Shown here one piece after another: positions 14,255 through 25,241 of a DNA stretch of 64,000 nt (positions are counted from its first letter, which is position 1; the number at the start of each line of letters is the position of its first letter). The stretch comes from Octopus vulgaris (lineage: Eukaryota): the NCBI GenBank assembly GCA_951406725.2, contig OX597815.1:87792001-87856000 (forward strand). The letters run 5' to 3'. Below the pieces are notes generated by a model. It did no database searches. It was not told where the DNA came from and worked only from the letters and a program-made list of their open reading frames with translations. A program made the translations under genes and the position numbers.

Positions 14255-14472
14255 TATTTCTTTACTACCCACAAGGGGCTAAACACAGAGAGGACAGACA
14301 AACGGATTAAGTCGATTATATCGATTGCCAGTGCGTAACTGGTACTTAATTTATCGACCCCGAAAGGATGAAATGCAAAGTCGACCTCGGCGGAATTTGA
14401 ACTCACAACGTAACGGCAGACGAAAAACGGCTACGCATTTCGCCCGGCGTGCTAACGTTGCTGCCAGCTCCG
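14255..14472 (-). mobile_element. SINE family A, young subfamily
   Basis: tRNA head, Nin/Deu-like domain (tttcatcctttcggggtcgataaattaagtacc) and aaagaaata tail. Confidence 0.92.
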
Positions 14473-14789
14473 CAGCATCAACAACAACATCAATGACATT
14501 CTGAGCCTTATGAAGGTCGGAAAGCTTATTGCAACTGTTGTTAAGTGGATACACTATATAAAGAATCAGCAGAAAACTTTGGGACTTTCCATGGATGGCC
14601 TGAAATATTAACCCAAGAACTGTGAGATATGTTGAGTAGTAATGGTAAGTATACATGCGCGCGCGCGTCTTCAGATGGAGGAAGAGAAAATGTACGAGAG
14701 AACATAGCCAGTGTTGTTGTTGTTGGTGGTCGTCGTAACAATTGTGATATTCGTAACGCTATTTACAGTTGTGTGATAAGGTGTTGTAA

Positions 14790-15603
14790 GTGGGCTGATG
14801 ACGATGGGTAGAAGCTGTGATGGTGGTGGTGGTAGTGTTAGTGATGGTGTTTGTGATGATGGTGGTGTTGGTGATGATGGTGGTCGTGTTGATGATGATG
14901 GTGGCGGTGCTGCTGCTGATGGTGATGGTGTTGGTGATGATGGTGGCGGTGCTGCTACTGATGGTGGTGGTGTTGATGATGATGGTGGTGGTGGTGCTGC
15001 TGCTGCTGGTGGTGGTGTTGATGATGATGGTGGTGGTGCCGCTGCTGATGGTGGCGGTGTTGATGGTGGTGGTGTTGATGGTGGTGGTGTTGATGATGAT
15101 GGTGGTGGTGCTGCTGCTGATGGGGGTGGAGTTGATGGTGATGGTGTTGATGATGCTGATGGTAGTGGTGGTGGTGGTGGTGGCGGTAGCGTTGTTGGTG
15201 ATGGTGTTGGCGTCAGTGGCGGTGGTTGCTTTGGTGAGGATAATGATGATGGTTAAAGGTTCGGGGCAGTGATATTGGAAAGGAAAGCTGCAAGTATTGT
15301 TGTTATCGTTGTTGTTGTTGTTGTTGTTGTTGCTGATGATGATAACGGTGATGGTGGTGATGGTGAAGGTGGAGACAGTAGTTGCGCCATTTGGCAGCGA
15401 ATTCATCGGAAGCGACCATGGCGGGTGGTGTCGCTGGTACATGTTGAATGTGAGAAGTGGGTGGCTGATGATTGTGGGGCTGAAGGGAAATGGGGTGGTG
15501 GAGTTATGGGGGTAGTTAGTGTTGGCCTATTTTATTTCAATTGTTATTGTTATTGTTGTTGTAGTTCTTGGTAGTTGTGGTGGTGGTAGTGGTGGTGGTA
15601 GTG
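14790..15603. repeat. Cryptic (GAT/GGT/GCT/GTT) trinucleotide low-complexity array
   Basis: Directly visible; gives open frames on both strands. Confidence 0.9.
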
Positions 15604-16182
15604 GGATCTGCATTGTATGAGACCATCCCTAGTTTGAAAGAAAAGCTGAAGAGAAAATAAGAAAAAGAACAAAATTCAGAAAGAAAGAAGCAAAGCAACT
15701 ACAATGTAAAAGAAAATAAAAGATATTCTGCAGACAATTAATTGGATCAACATGTGAGCGAACCACCTTCTCTTACTATAGTCGCTCATTCCACCAACAC
15801 TCACATAGATACCACAACTGCGGAAGTACCCAAAGGAAGATGAATCAATCTTACTGCTCTGATATGCCTTACGTAGCTAAAATTCCCTACTTTTTAACTT
15901 TTAATCTTATATTTTTCTTTTATCAATGTCACTTAATGTATGTGTGTTCCTAAATGCTTTTAGGCTGTGGTATGTTGTCCGGAGAAGGCTCCTTTAAAGA
16001 CGCAGTCTTAAAAAACGCAATATACTTCAAAACCAGGCGAAACGAAACACATCCCGCTCCTGTCCATGTAACCTTATTGTGTTGTTTTGTATGATTGTTA
16101 GTCGTCTCTGTAATATCCCCTTTTTTGTGCCTTCTCTCTCACTCTCTCTCTCTCTCTCTCAGACCCACACAGACACACACAT

Positions 16183-16234
<52 letters not shown>

Positions 16235-16525
16235 ACACACACACACATACACACACACACATTGCAGTTAGTAGTACAGTTAGCTGGAAAGCTGAATAGA
16301 AAATGAGAACTATTCGGAAAGTGATGGTGTCATTGCTCATGCACTCATTCAGTGTCCAAGTATCATTGACTTGTGGAATTATGTCGAACGCTGTTAATGC
16401 TTCTAGGACGAATCCAGGCTATCAGTAGAGTTTATCGTGAGGATTACCTTTCAGAAGCCAGGAAAGGAAGGTAATTTTTCTTTGGTGGTCACGGCAAAAG
16501 TACCGGAATGGAAGACAAAATTTAA

Positions 16526-16925
16526 AAGGACTGTGACCAGAAGAGAATTAATGCCTTCGAGCTTTGGTGTTGGAGAAGACTTTTGCAGATTCCATGGACA
16601 GCGAGACTCACCAATGGAGAAGATCTTAAACAGATAAGACCGAAAATGTCGCTAGAAGCTGGGATCACCAAGCGTAGATTGGCATATTTCGGTCATATTA
16701 TGCGGAGAGAATACCTGGAGAAGGACATCATGCTCGGAATGGTCAGTGGTAAGAGAGGAAGAGGCCGACCAAGAACCCGCTGGCTTGATACCATCAGGAG
16801 TGGTGCCGGAATGGACATGGCCAGTCTGAAGGAAGCGGCCCAGAACAGAAATGACTGGAGGACACTGATCCAACGAGTGACCGAAAGTCGACTTCGACTG
16901 AGCGGATAGAGAGAGAGAGAGAGAG
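16526..16925 (+). mobile_element. RTE-BovB-like LINE 3' end with (GA)n tail
   Basis: Uninterrupted frame DQKRINAFELWCWRRLLQIPWTAR...AYFGHIMRR..LEKDIMLG...RGRPRTRWLD...SRLRLSG* ending at 16909. Confidence 0.9.
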
Positions 16926-17449
16926 TGGGCAGACACTTTCGGTCGCAGCGAAGCACTCAGTAATTGGACAACATGACGGTAGAGAGAATTTCTAGAAAAT
17001 GTTCTTACCTAGTGTTGGGAGCGAATATACAGAGTATGTGTTGTGTAAGTAGCTTTACTTAACTTTAGTGGTCTTGAGTTGAATGTATGCTGTACGTGGT
17101 AAGGATTTATTTTAGACTGTATAGTGTTCATATTTTACCCGGAGAGCTAATTATTGCTAGCACTGTTTATTTTCTCATACTCGACATCCTGCTTATTTTC
17201 GTTTCAATGTTTATACATTGATAGCTTTTGGACTTCCGGGTGAGAAATTGGTTGGAAGGGATCGTGATGTCTATCAACCTGCAAAGAATATTATTTCAGT
17301 CTACGATTATGATAACTGGGTGGTTCTCTTCAATTTTCTTGTCAGCATGCCATATCTATTCCAGAATATTATAGCCAATTTATAATCTCATACTGTATTT
17401 GTTATGTACTTATATCACTTAATCACAGTTTATGGTTTTATGTGCCCGT

Positions 17450-18220
17450 TCGAGAATGTTTTTCCTACGAGAGTTCCGGATCTCAGTAATGAACTCATTT
17501 GCATACAGCCAATCACAGCAGAGCCACTTTTATCTTTTCTTCCTTTCTAGTCAGCACCGTGCATTCCTTACTCCTTCCCTCTTTACTGGCAGACAGCAAC
17601 TTTTCCGTCCTCTAACTACCTGTCGGGCAAATGAATACATATATGTGAATGATATTTCTTCTTCCTGGTGTTGATACTTCGATGTTCACTGGTTACTCCG
17701 ACGTTGGCACAATAATAGACTTGCCCAAACTGAATTGCTGGAGTTATTTAATTTTTTTTCAAGAAAAATGCTTTTAAAAAGTTATAGAGGTTTAAAGTTT
17801 GATCATTTTCACCCAGTCAGAAAACAGGATTTGGAAGCTGTCATTTTGTACGTGACAAAATAGCACATGTTGTCACTATTTGTAAACAACACATGTTATG
17901 TCTCCGGTAATTTTCTTTCATATAAATAAATCTAGATTTAGCTGTTATTTTTAGCATGCATGTTCGCCGGTAATTTTCTTTCGTGTAAATAAATGTTTAT
18001 GTTAATGTAAAAGAGAAAAGCATGAATGCGTCTATGAATTACGATTGACTAAAATTACCAAAATTTTCAAACTTAAATTACTAATAACTTTTTATTTATT
18101 GATTTATAGCGAAAATTACTTTCACACTTCATTAATTAGTCTATAAAAGTGTATCATTACACTGAATATGAAATCAATTCGAACAGAAAATTGACGCTGG
18201 CAACCAAACACAAAAGATCC
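17450..18220. mobile_element. Second copy of the Merlin-family element, left TIR missing
   Basis: 17704-18220 aligns with 7202-8093 apart from an internal deletion; ends in gctggcaaccaaacacaaaagatcc. Confidence 0.8.
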
Positions 18221-18311
18221 CCCCAAAATAGTCACGAAAATGTATGAGTACTAAAACATTTCGTTGAGTACTATTATATTATTAGTTGTAAATTATAGAT
18301 ATATTTATTAT

Positions 18312-19112
18312 AACTAGTTAGACCTGTGAAAAATTCACGGAAAATATAAGAAATGTAAGCATTTTCAAGATGTTGACAAAATGTGCAGTCAAGCACAAAA
18401 TGACAGCTTCCAAATCCTATTTCCTGATTGGGTGAAAATGATCAAACTTTAACTTTTTAAAAACATTTTTCTGGAAAAAATGAAATAACTCCAGCATTTC
18501 AGTTTGTGCAAGTGTATTATGGTGCCAACGCCGGAGTAACCAGTGAACACCGAAGGATTAACACCAAGAAGGAAGAAATGTTATTTACATATATTTATTC
18601 GTTTGCCTGACACGTAATTAGAGGACGGAGAAGTTGCCGTCTGCCAGTAGACAGGGAAAGAGTAAGGAATGCACGGTGCTGACTAGAAAGGAAGAAAAGA
18701 TAAAGGTGACTCTGCTGTGATTGACTGTATGCAAAACTTTAACTTTTTAAAAACATTTTTCTGGAAAAAATGAAATAACTCCAGCAATTCAGTTTGTGCA
18801 AATGTATTATGGTGCCAACGCCGGAGTAACCAGTGAACACCGAAGGATTAACACCAAGAAGGAAGAAATATTATTTACATATATTTATTCGTTTGCCTGA
18901 CACGTAATTAAAGGATGGAGAAGTTGCCGTCTGCCAGTAGACAGGGAAAGAGTAAGGAATGCACGGTGCTGACTAGAAAGGAAGAAAAGATAAAGGTGAC
19001 TCTGCTGTGATTGGCTGTATGCAAATGAGTTCATTACTGAGGTGTGGAACTCTCGAAGGAAAAAAATTCCACTCCCCGTTCATGTTTGAGGATATATTCT
19101 AAATAGTATATA
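18312..19112 (-). mobile_element. Helitron-like element carrying inverted Merlin-family sequence with a 290-bp tandem duplication
   Basis: Minus-strand end has hairpin ccgtgaa-ttt-ttcacagg then tctaaCTAG|T; body is the reverse complement of 17460-17850; duplication 18444-18733 / 18734-19025. Confidence 0.6.
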
Positions 19113-19849
19113 CTATAATTAGCATAATTTTCTATCCGTCCATGATCATGGAAAGGCAAAGCTGTGGACACGTTCCACAGAGGCCACGTTCACCTTTCAT
19201 CCTTTTGGGGTCGATAAAATAAAGTATTCGTCAAATACTGGGCTCGATTGAAATGTCTAAGCCCTTCTGCCCAAAATGGCTGGCTTGTACCTAAATCTGA
19301 AGCCTTTATATATTAAGCGGTGGTTCTTTGTTCTGAGTTCAAATCTTGCCGAGGTCAGTTTGACCTTTCATCGATAAAATAAAAGTCAGTTGCTGGGCTC
19401 GATGTAATCCACTAAGTTCTCTCAACAATGTGACAAATCATTAAATTTCATAACAGAAAATAAGAATCTTCTCTACCTTTCTGGAATTTTGGATTCGCTT
19501 CTCACAATAACGCCCATTTAAAACTCACCAAGCCTTCGTTTAACCAATTCAGTGATCATATACTTAAATTTTACTCTTTTACTGGTTTTGATCAGCAAAA
19601 TTTTAGTCGGCCTCTACTCCAGTACTTATTTCACTCAGATACTTATTAATTTCTATATATTAAATTCTTAAGTTATGCTTTCACATAAAGGGACAGAACA
19701 TTGGTCTATACTTATAAACATGAACTCAGATACGAACATGCACGTACGCATGTACACACGCACGCATGCACGCACGCATGCATGTACGCACGCACGCACG
19801 CATCAGCAATTTAATGAAGATTCAGTTATACGTCAAACGCAATATTCCT

Positions 19850-20190
19850 TCCAGCAGTTCTATGTGGCAGTGACACTTAGTAAATGACAGCAAAGGGTGC
19901 CAAGGGTTTAAGAATCTTGGAAAGGAAATAGATGGAAGAGGTAGGAGTGTTTGGACAATAAGGTTGGTGACGATAGGGGGAGGCACAGGGAGAGATGAGT
20001 TCTTGGTTAGTGGAGGGTACACGCTATTAGTAGGAAGGTGTAGGAATGGAGGGTAGGAGTGACAGTATGTATGGTTACAAGATATTGGAACGTTTTTTTC
20101 CATGTAGAGATTAGCACACCACACCACTTCAGCTCCTTCCTTGTCGGCCGACACACACTTATAATTTTGTAAAGAACTCTCCGACCATGC
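19850..20190 (-). mobile_element. Penelope-like reverse transcriptase N-terminal relic
   Basis: ADKEGAEVVWCANLY (cf. ADKGGAVVVW), TNLIVQT, SIYFLSKILKP (cf. YFLPKIHK) across frameshifts. Confidence 0.7.
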
Positions 20191-20744
20191 CCATGTGTAA
20201 CTTTTCCAATTAAGTTTGGTGGAAATACTTGACAAAAATCTTAGCTAGTTTATATAAAAACCTTAATGAGAATACATTTTAGGAGCAGTTACACAAGCAT
20301 ACGAGATCATTCGAACATCACTCCAGTGAAAATAGCTAAGGTACACTGTGATAAATAAGTAATTAAATAAATAAATGAATAAATAAATAACAAAAAGAAG
20401 ACTTCAAAATCTCATATTTTGAATAGAGAAGTTTCCTTCAAGCATCAAAGAAAAAAGCAACGCAATCTGTGTTTGACTGAAAATATCTTATATTACTCCA
20501 CCCTCTATCCATATTAAATATAAAAAATGGGTTAATGACCACCTGCGGTCACAGCCATATTTTTCTCCATGCTGATGACATCATATATTACATCGCGTCA
20601 CATTAAACTATCACTTCTACCTTCACTTCTCGTCCTTTCAGAATCACTGATATTCACTCGATTAATACCATATGGATAGCGATGCGAGCGATGCGAAGCC
20701 ATAATATGAATTTACTAATATATTTACATAAACACTCTGAATCA

Positions 20745-21035
20745 CATGCAGGCGCGCACAGGCACGCACGCGCACGCACGCACGCACACACACACACACA
20801 TTCACACACACACACACTCACGAACAAACACGCATACACACACATATTCATATATATGTACATACAAACATGCTTACATAATACATACATACATACATGC
20901 ATGCTTACATACGCACATAATACATACATGCATACATATATACATGCTTACATACATACGTACATACATATGTGCGTACATATGTATGTACTAAGTATTT
21001 ACATACATACAAATATCATATCATATATACATATA
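20745..21035. repeat. (CA)n/(CATA)n degenerate microsatellite
   Basis: Directly visible. Confidence 0.9.
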
Positions 21036-21556
21036 TCAAATATTTTTCAATGCCTTTTCAGTACTGGTACCAACAAGTAGGATACTAGAGTAGAATATAA
21101 GAGATCGATAGGAATACCAATAAGATCCTAACATGAAATGGAAACGTCTACAGAAATATTGTTATCGATAGACTGTATTTCAAGAAAAAAAATGATTCTT
21201 TCTACTTTAGGTAGAAAATATACAATGCGCTCCGTATGCAGAATTGCTCTGGGACAAATATAAAAGATATTTCAGATGTTGAGCATTCATACCAACACAA
21301 GGAATACCAATAAATTATTCGCGTCAAAGATTTCGCTAAATAGAAACACAAGGGCGTCTCTACCGAGTGGAAATGACAGCCAAATCTCCCTCAAATATCA
21401 CCCTATCGTTTTAAATTGATTTCCATCATTCAAATTCAATTGATTAGAAGCACAGTGAAGATTTGTAAAGCATTTCAAAGAATCTTTATTTGATAGCATT
21501 TAATGATCATATACACACAATCACATAAGTGATTGTGGTATAGAATAAACTATAAA

Positions 21557-21562
<6 letters not shown>

Positions 21563-21595
<33 letters not shown>

Positions 21596-21630
21596 CACAC
21601 ACAAACACACACACACACACAAACACACAC

Positions 21631-21694
<64 letters not shown>
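21563..21694. repeat. (CA)n microsatellite
   Basis: Directly visible. Confidence 0.95.
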
Positions 21695-21696
<2 letters not shown>

Positions 21697-22099
21697 GTGC
21701 ACTAAAGAGGCATACAACAGTTGAAGACCATTCTCACATGTACCTATATTTATGCAGACAATAACTCATCTGCATATTCACAATGTCTTGACTCAAATAA
21801 GCAAGCTTTGTCATTTTGTTATGGAACAGTTTGAATTCTGCGAACACACACACTTACACACATGTGTACGCACATATATACATATATGTGTATGCAGTCT
21901 TTTATTCTTTTGCATGTTTCAGTCCTAAGGCTGTGGCCATGCTGGAGGACCACCAGTGAAAAACGATGAACAGCCTTAATTTTAAAATCTTATTAGGTTT
22001 TGATCAGAGGCATTGACATCAATTATATGCGTGCATGTAATACATACATACATACATACATACATACATACATACATACATACATACATACATAACGGG

Positions 22100-22640
22100 A
22101 AGCTTTATGAAAATAAACAAAAGACGAAGGCAGGTGGAATACAAACAAACAATTGTATTAGTATGGCGCTCAGGAATATAAATAAAACAAGTCTTTTACG
22201 TTTCGAGCTTACGCTCTTCAACAGAAAGATACACAGAAAGAAACACGGAAAGAAACAAGGAGAGAAAAAAAATGCGTGCAGAAGCTATCGATGCATACAT
22301 ATATACGTGTGTGTGTTTGTGTGTGTGTGTGTGTGTAAATGAACAAAAGCGGCAGTGAAATCCTTACACTTCCAAGATGTGACCAAAAATGTATATTATG
22401 TAACATTTTTATGGCATACATACATATGATCAGCAACTGGCCGAAAACTCTACACTGTTTTTTTCTCTCTCAGTTTTTTAAAAATTCTCTCTCGGTTTTT
22501 TCCCTCTTCCTTTCTGTCGAAGAGCGTAGGCACGAAACGTAAAATGCTTTTCCAGTTTTCCTGAGCGTCAAACTAATATACCTGCTTGTTGTTCCTACAC
22601 CTGTCTTCGTTTTTTGTTTTTCTTTATATTTGAACTATAT
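22100..22640. mobile_element. Inverted pair of Penelope-like terminal repeats, each with a hammerhead-like motif
   Basis: 22100-22272 (-) and 22456-22640 (+) are diverged inverted copies; cores CTGTTGA-AGAGC-gtaa-GCTC-GAAAC-GTA and CTGTCGA-AGAGC-gtag-GCAC-GAAAC-GTA. Confidence 0.65.
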
Positions 22641-22649
22641 TTTTTTCTT

Positions 22650-22830
22650 GGATTGGCTTTGCTGAGGAAGATAAGAAAGGTTGCTGTCCATGTCCTCTGC
22701 ACACTCGTTCGTGGCTGATAAGGCCGATATAGGATTGACATATCCGATTGCAGTGATGACAGGGTCTGATGATGCAGCTGCATTGTTTTTTTCGCCTCTG
22801 ACGTTTGTCTTCAAGAGAGGCACTATGGGA
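22650..22830 (-). mobile_element. RTE LINE extreme 3' end (C-terminal zinc finger)
   Basis: LEDKRQRRK...CHHCNRICQSYIGLISHERVC. Confidence 0.75.
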
Positions 22831-23376
22831 GATTGATAGATGAGTATACATTGTTGCGAGACTCTGGTTGAAATTTAAGCCATAACTCCCAGATCTTCCC
22901 AGTCTAGTGCTACGAGCAAATATATTTCTGTAAAAGGAAAAGTATCGTTCTTAAAGGTATGAACGTCTACGCAAATATAGCTCAACTAGTCAGCACTGGC
23001 TAACTTAAGATGAGGCAGCAAAACTTCAAACGAAGTAAGTCAGTTTTCTTGCCAAACAATTTAGTCGAAAATTCAAGAAGCATGGTTAACAGCTATAAAA
23101 AAGTGGTGAACCTAGCCAGAGAGCTGCTAAGCCGTCTAAGTGACACCGTTTCTCTTGTCTCAATGAGTTGTTCTCTCGCTCCCTTTTTACTTTTAAGTAA
23201 CATGCTTATTTGTAGTCGACGAAAGGTGCTAACTTTACTTATAGCGTCCAGTAACACATTTTAATTATATGCAGTGATTAATTTCCTTGCACCAGGTTCA
23301 TTGCAACCAAAGTAGAGCACCCTCAGTCAATTCACTTCATTACTCCATCAACAGGAGATGTCATATATACTGAACC

Positions 23377-23604
23377 GGCGAGCTGGCAGAAACGTTAGCA
23401 CGCCGGGCGAAATGCGTAGCCGTATTTCGTCTGTCGTTACGTTCCGAGTTCAAATTCCGCCGAGGTCGACTTTGCCTTTCATCCTTTCGGGGTCGATAAA
23501 TTAAGTACCAGTTACGCACTGGGGTCGATGTAATCGACTTAATCCCTTTGTCTGTCATTGTTTGTCCCCTCTGTGTTTAGCTCCTTGTGGGTAGTAAAGA
23601 AATA
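23377..23604 (+). mobile_element. SINE family A, young monomer with TSD
   Basis: 12-bp TSD atatatactgaa at 23363-23374 and 23606-23617. Confidence 0.93.
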
Positions 23605-23825
23605 TATATATACTGAAGAGAAAAAAGAAAAAAACTAAATATTGTACCTTTGAACATACACAGAGACAACGTGCAGGAGATAGGACATTCAAATCTGCAG
23701 GCAGTATTTCAACATATCTTTAGCAGTAGTAAATAAATCATACTAAAGAAATAAAGAAAAGAAAGTTATGCAAATATATACATATTTTCGTGCATATGTA
23801 TCTATATTTATATAAGGCAGGTTGT

Positions 23826-23876
<51 letters not shown>

Positions 23877-24853
23877 ATATTGGTTAGTGATGATTGTTTG
23901 TATTGCAAGATGCATGAAGAGATTATTTGCAACACTACAAGAAGGTGACCAGCACCGGTCAGTCAGATTCTACAGAAACTGCATGTACGAAAAATTCTTT
24001 AGAAAATCAGGTTTAGTTGTACGTGACATACTGTTCTGTTGGAAGATACTTTGTTTATTTATGATCCCATTAATCTGCTTTTTACATATTTTTGTGTTTA
24101 TGCGTATCTGAGTGTGAATTTATGTATGTCACATGCGAGCGTTCGCGAGAGAGAGGGAGAGAGAGACACAGGGTTATGCAGTCAGGATGAGCGTGTTGTG
24201 TATGTGTGTGAGAGAGAGAGAGGGGGAGAGAAAGAAAGAGAGAGAGAGAGAGAGAAAAAGAGAGAAAGAAAGTACTCCATATAAACGTTCTTGAGATTTG
24301 ATTTAGTTTACGAATTTCTTTGATACAAGAATGTGGGTGAAAATGGTGAAGTACAGGAACATATCACATTAAACAAATTAATTGGTGTTCACTTTTCATT
24401 ACATTATTGATCCCTCCCTATTCATGGGTTGGTGACAAAAAAAGGAAGACGAAGATATAAAGAAACACCATTTTAATTATATGAATGATTGAGTAACACT
24501 CATCAGTATCCATCTTAAATAAAGATGAAGTTGGAAAGATGGCTTATATGTTACAATAAAGTGAAAGGTAAACATTTTATTCGTAATACATAAATTTAAA
24601 TGGCGGTGCCCCAGCATGGCCACAGCTCATAGGCTGGAACTGGAATCAATCAATCAATCAATCAATCTCTTCTTTTCTCGACAATATAAATTTTCTAATG
24701 CAAACAGAACTTTCGTCATTGAGTGCTTACCATTTAGAGACTACTTTGATAATGCCAGCACTCATTGGAACAGGATTATCTGGAAAACTAAATTACCTAG
24801 GGACATCATCAGTATAAAAAATAAATGAAAAAAAACACAATAGTAAAGATAAT

Positions 24854-25241
24854 GTAGGCGTGGCTGTGTGGTAAGTAGTTTGCTTACGAACTACATGGTT
24901 CCGGTTTCAGTCCCACTGCGTGGCACCTTGGGCAAGTGTCTTCTACTACAGCCTCGGGCCAACCAAAGCCTTGTAAGTGGATTTGGTAGACGTAAACTGA
25001 AAGAAGCCCGTCGTATGCATATATATGTATGTGTGTCTGTGTTTGTCCCCCAACATCGCTTGACAACCGATGCTGGTGTATTTACGTCCCCGTAACTTAG
25101 CGGTTCGGCAAAAGAGACCGATAGAATAAGTACTAGGCTTACAAAGAATAAGTCCTGGGGTCGATGTGCTCGACTAAAGGCGGTGCTCCAGCATGGCCAC
25201 AGTCAAATGACTGAAACAAGTAAAACGAGTAAAAAAAAGAG
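24854..25241 (+). mobile_element. SINE family B, full length
   Basis: tRNA head, CORE-like ccttgggcaagtgtctt, tail; flanked by agtaaagata repeats. Confidence 0.92.

Noticed and set aside
14759-15574. Long ORFs (227 aa Thr/Ile-rich; 152 aa Gly/Asp-rich)
   Set aside because: Trinucleotide low-complexity DNA is open in several frames on both strands; no splice or domain evidence
23377-23465. tRNA-like A/B boxes suggesting tRNA genes
   Set aside because: They are SINE heads continuing into a Nin domain and tail, with TSDs
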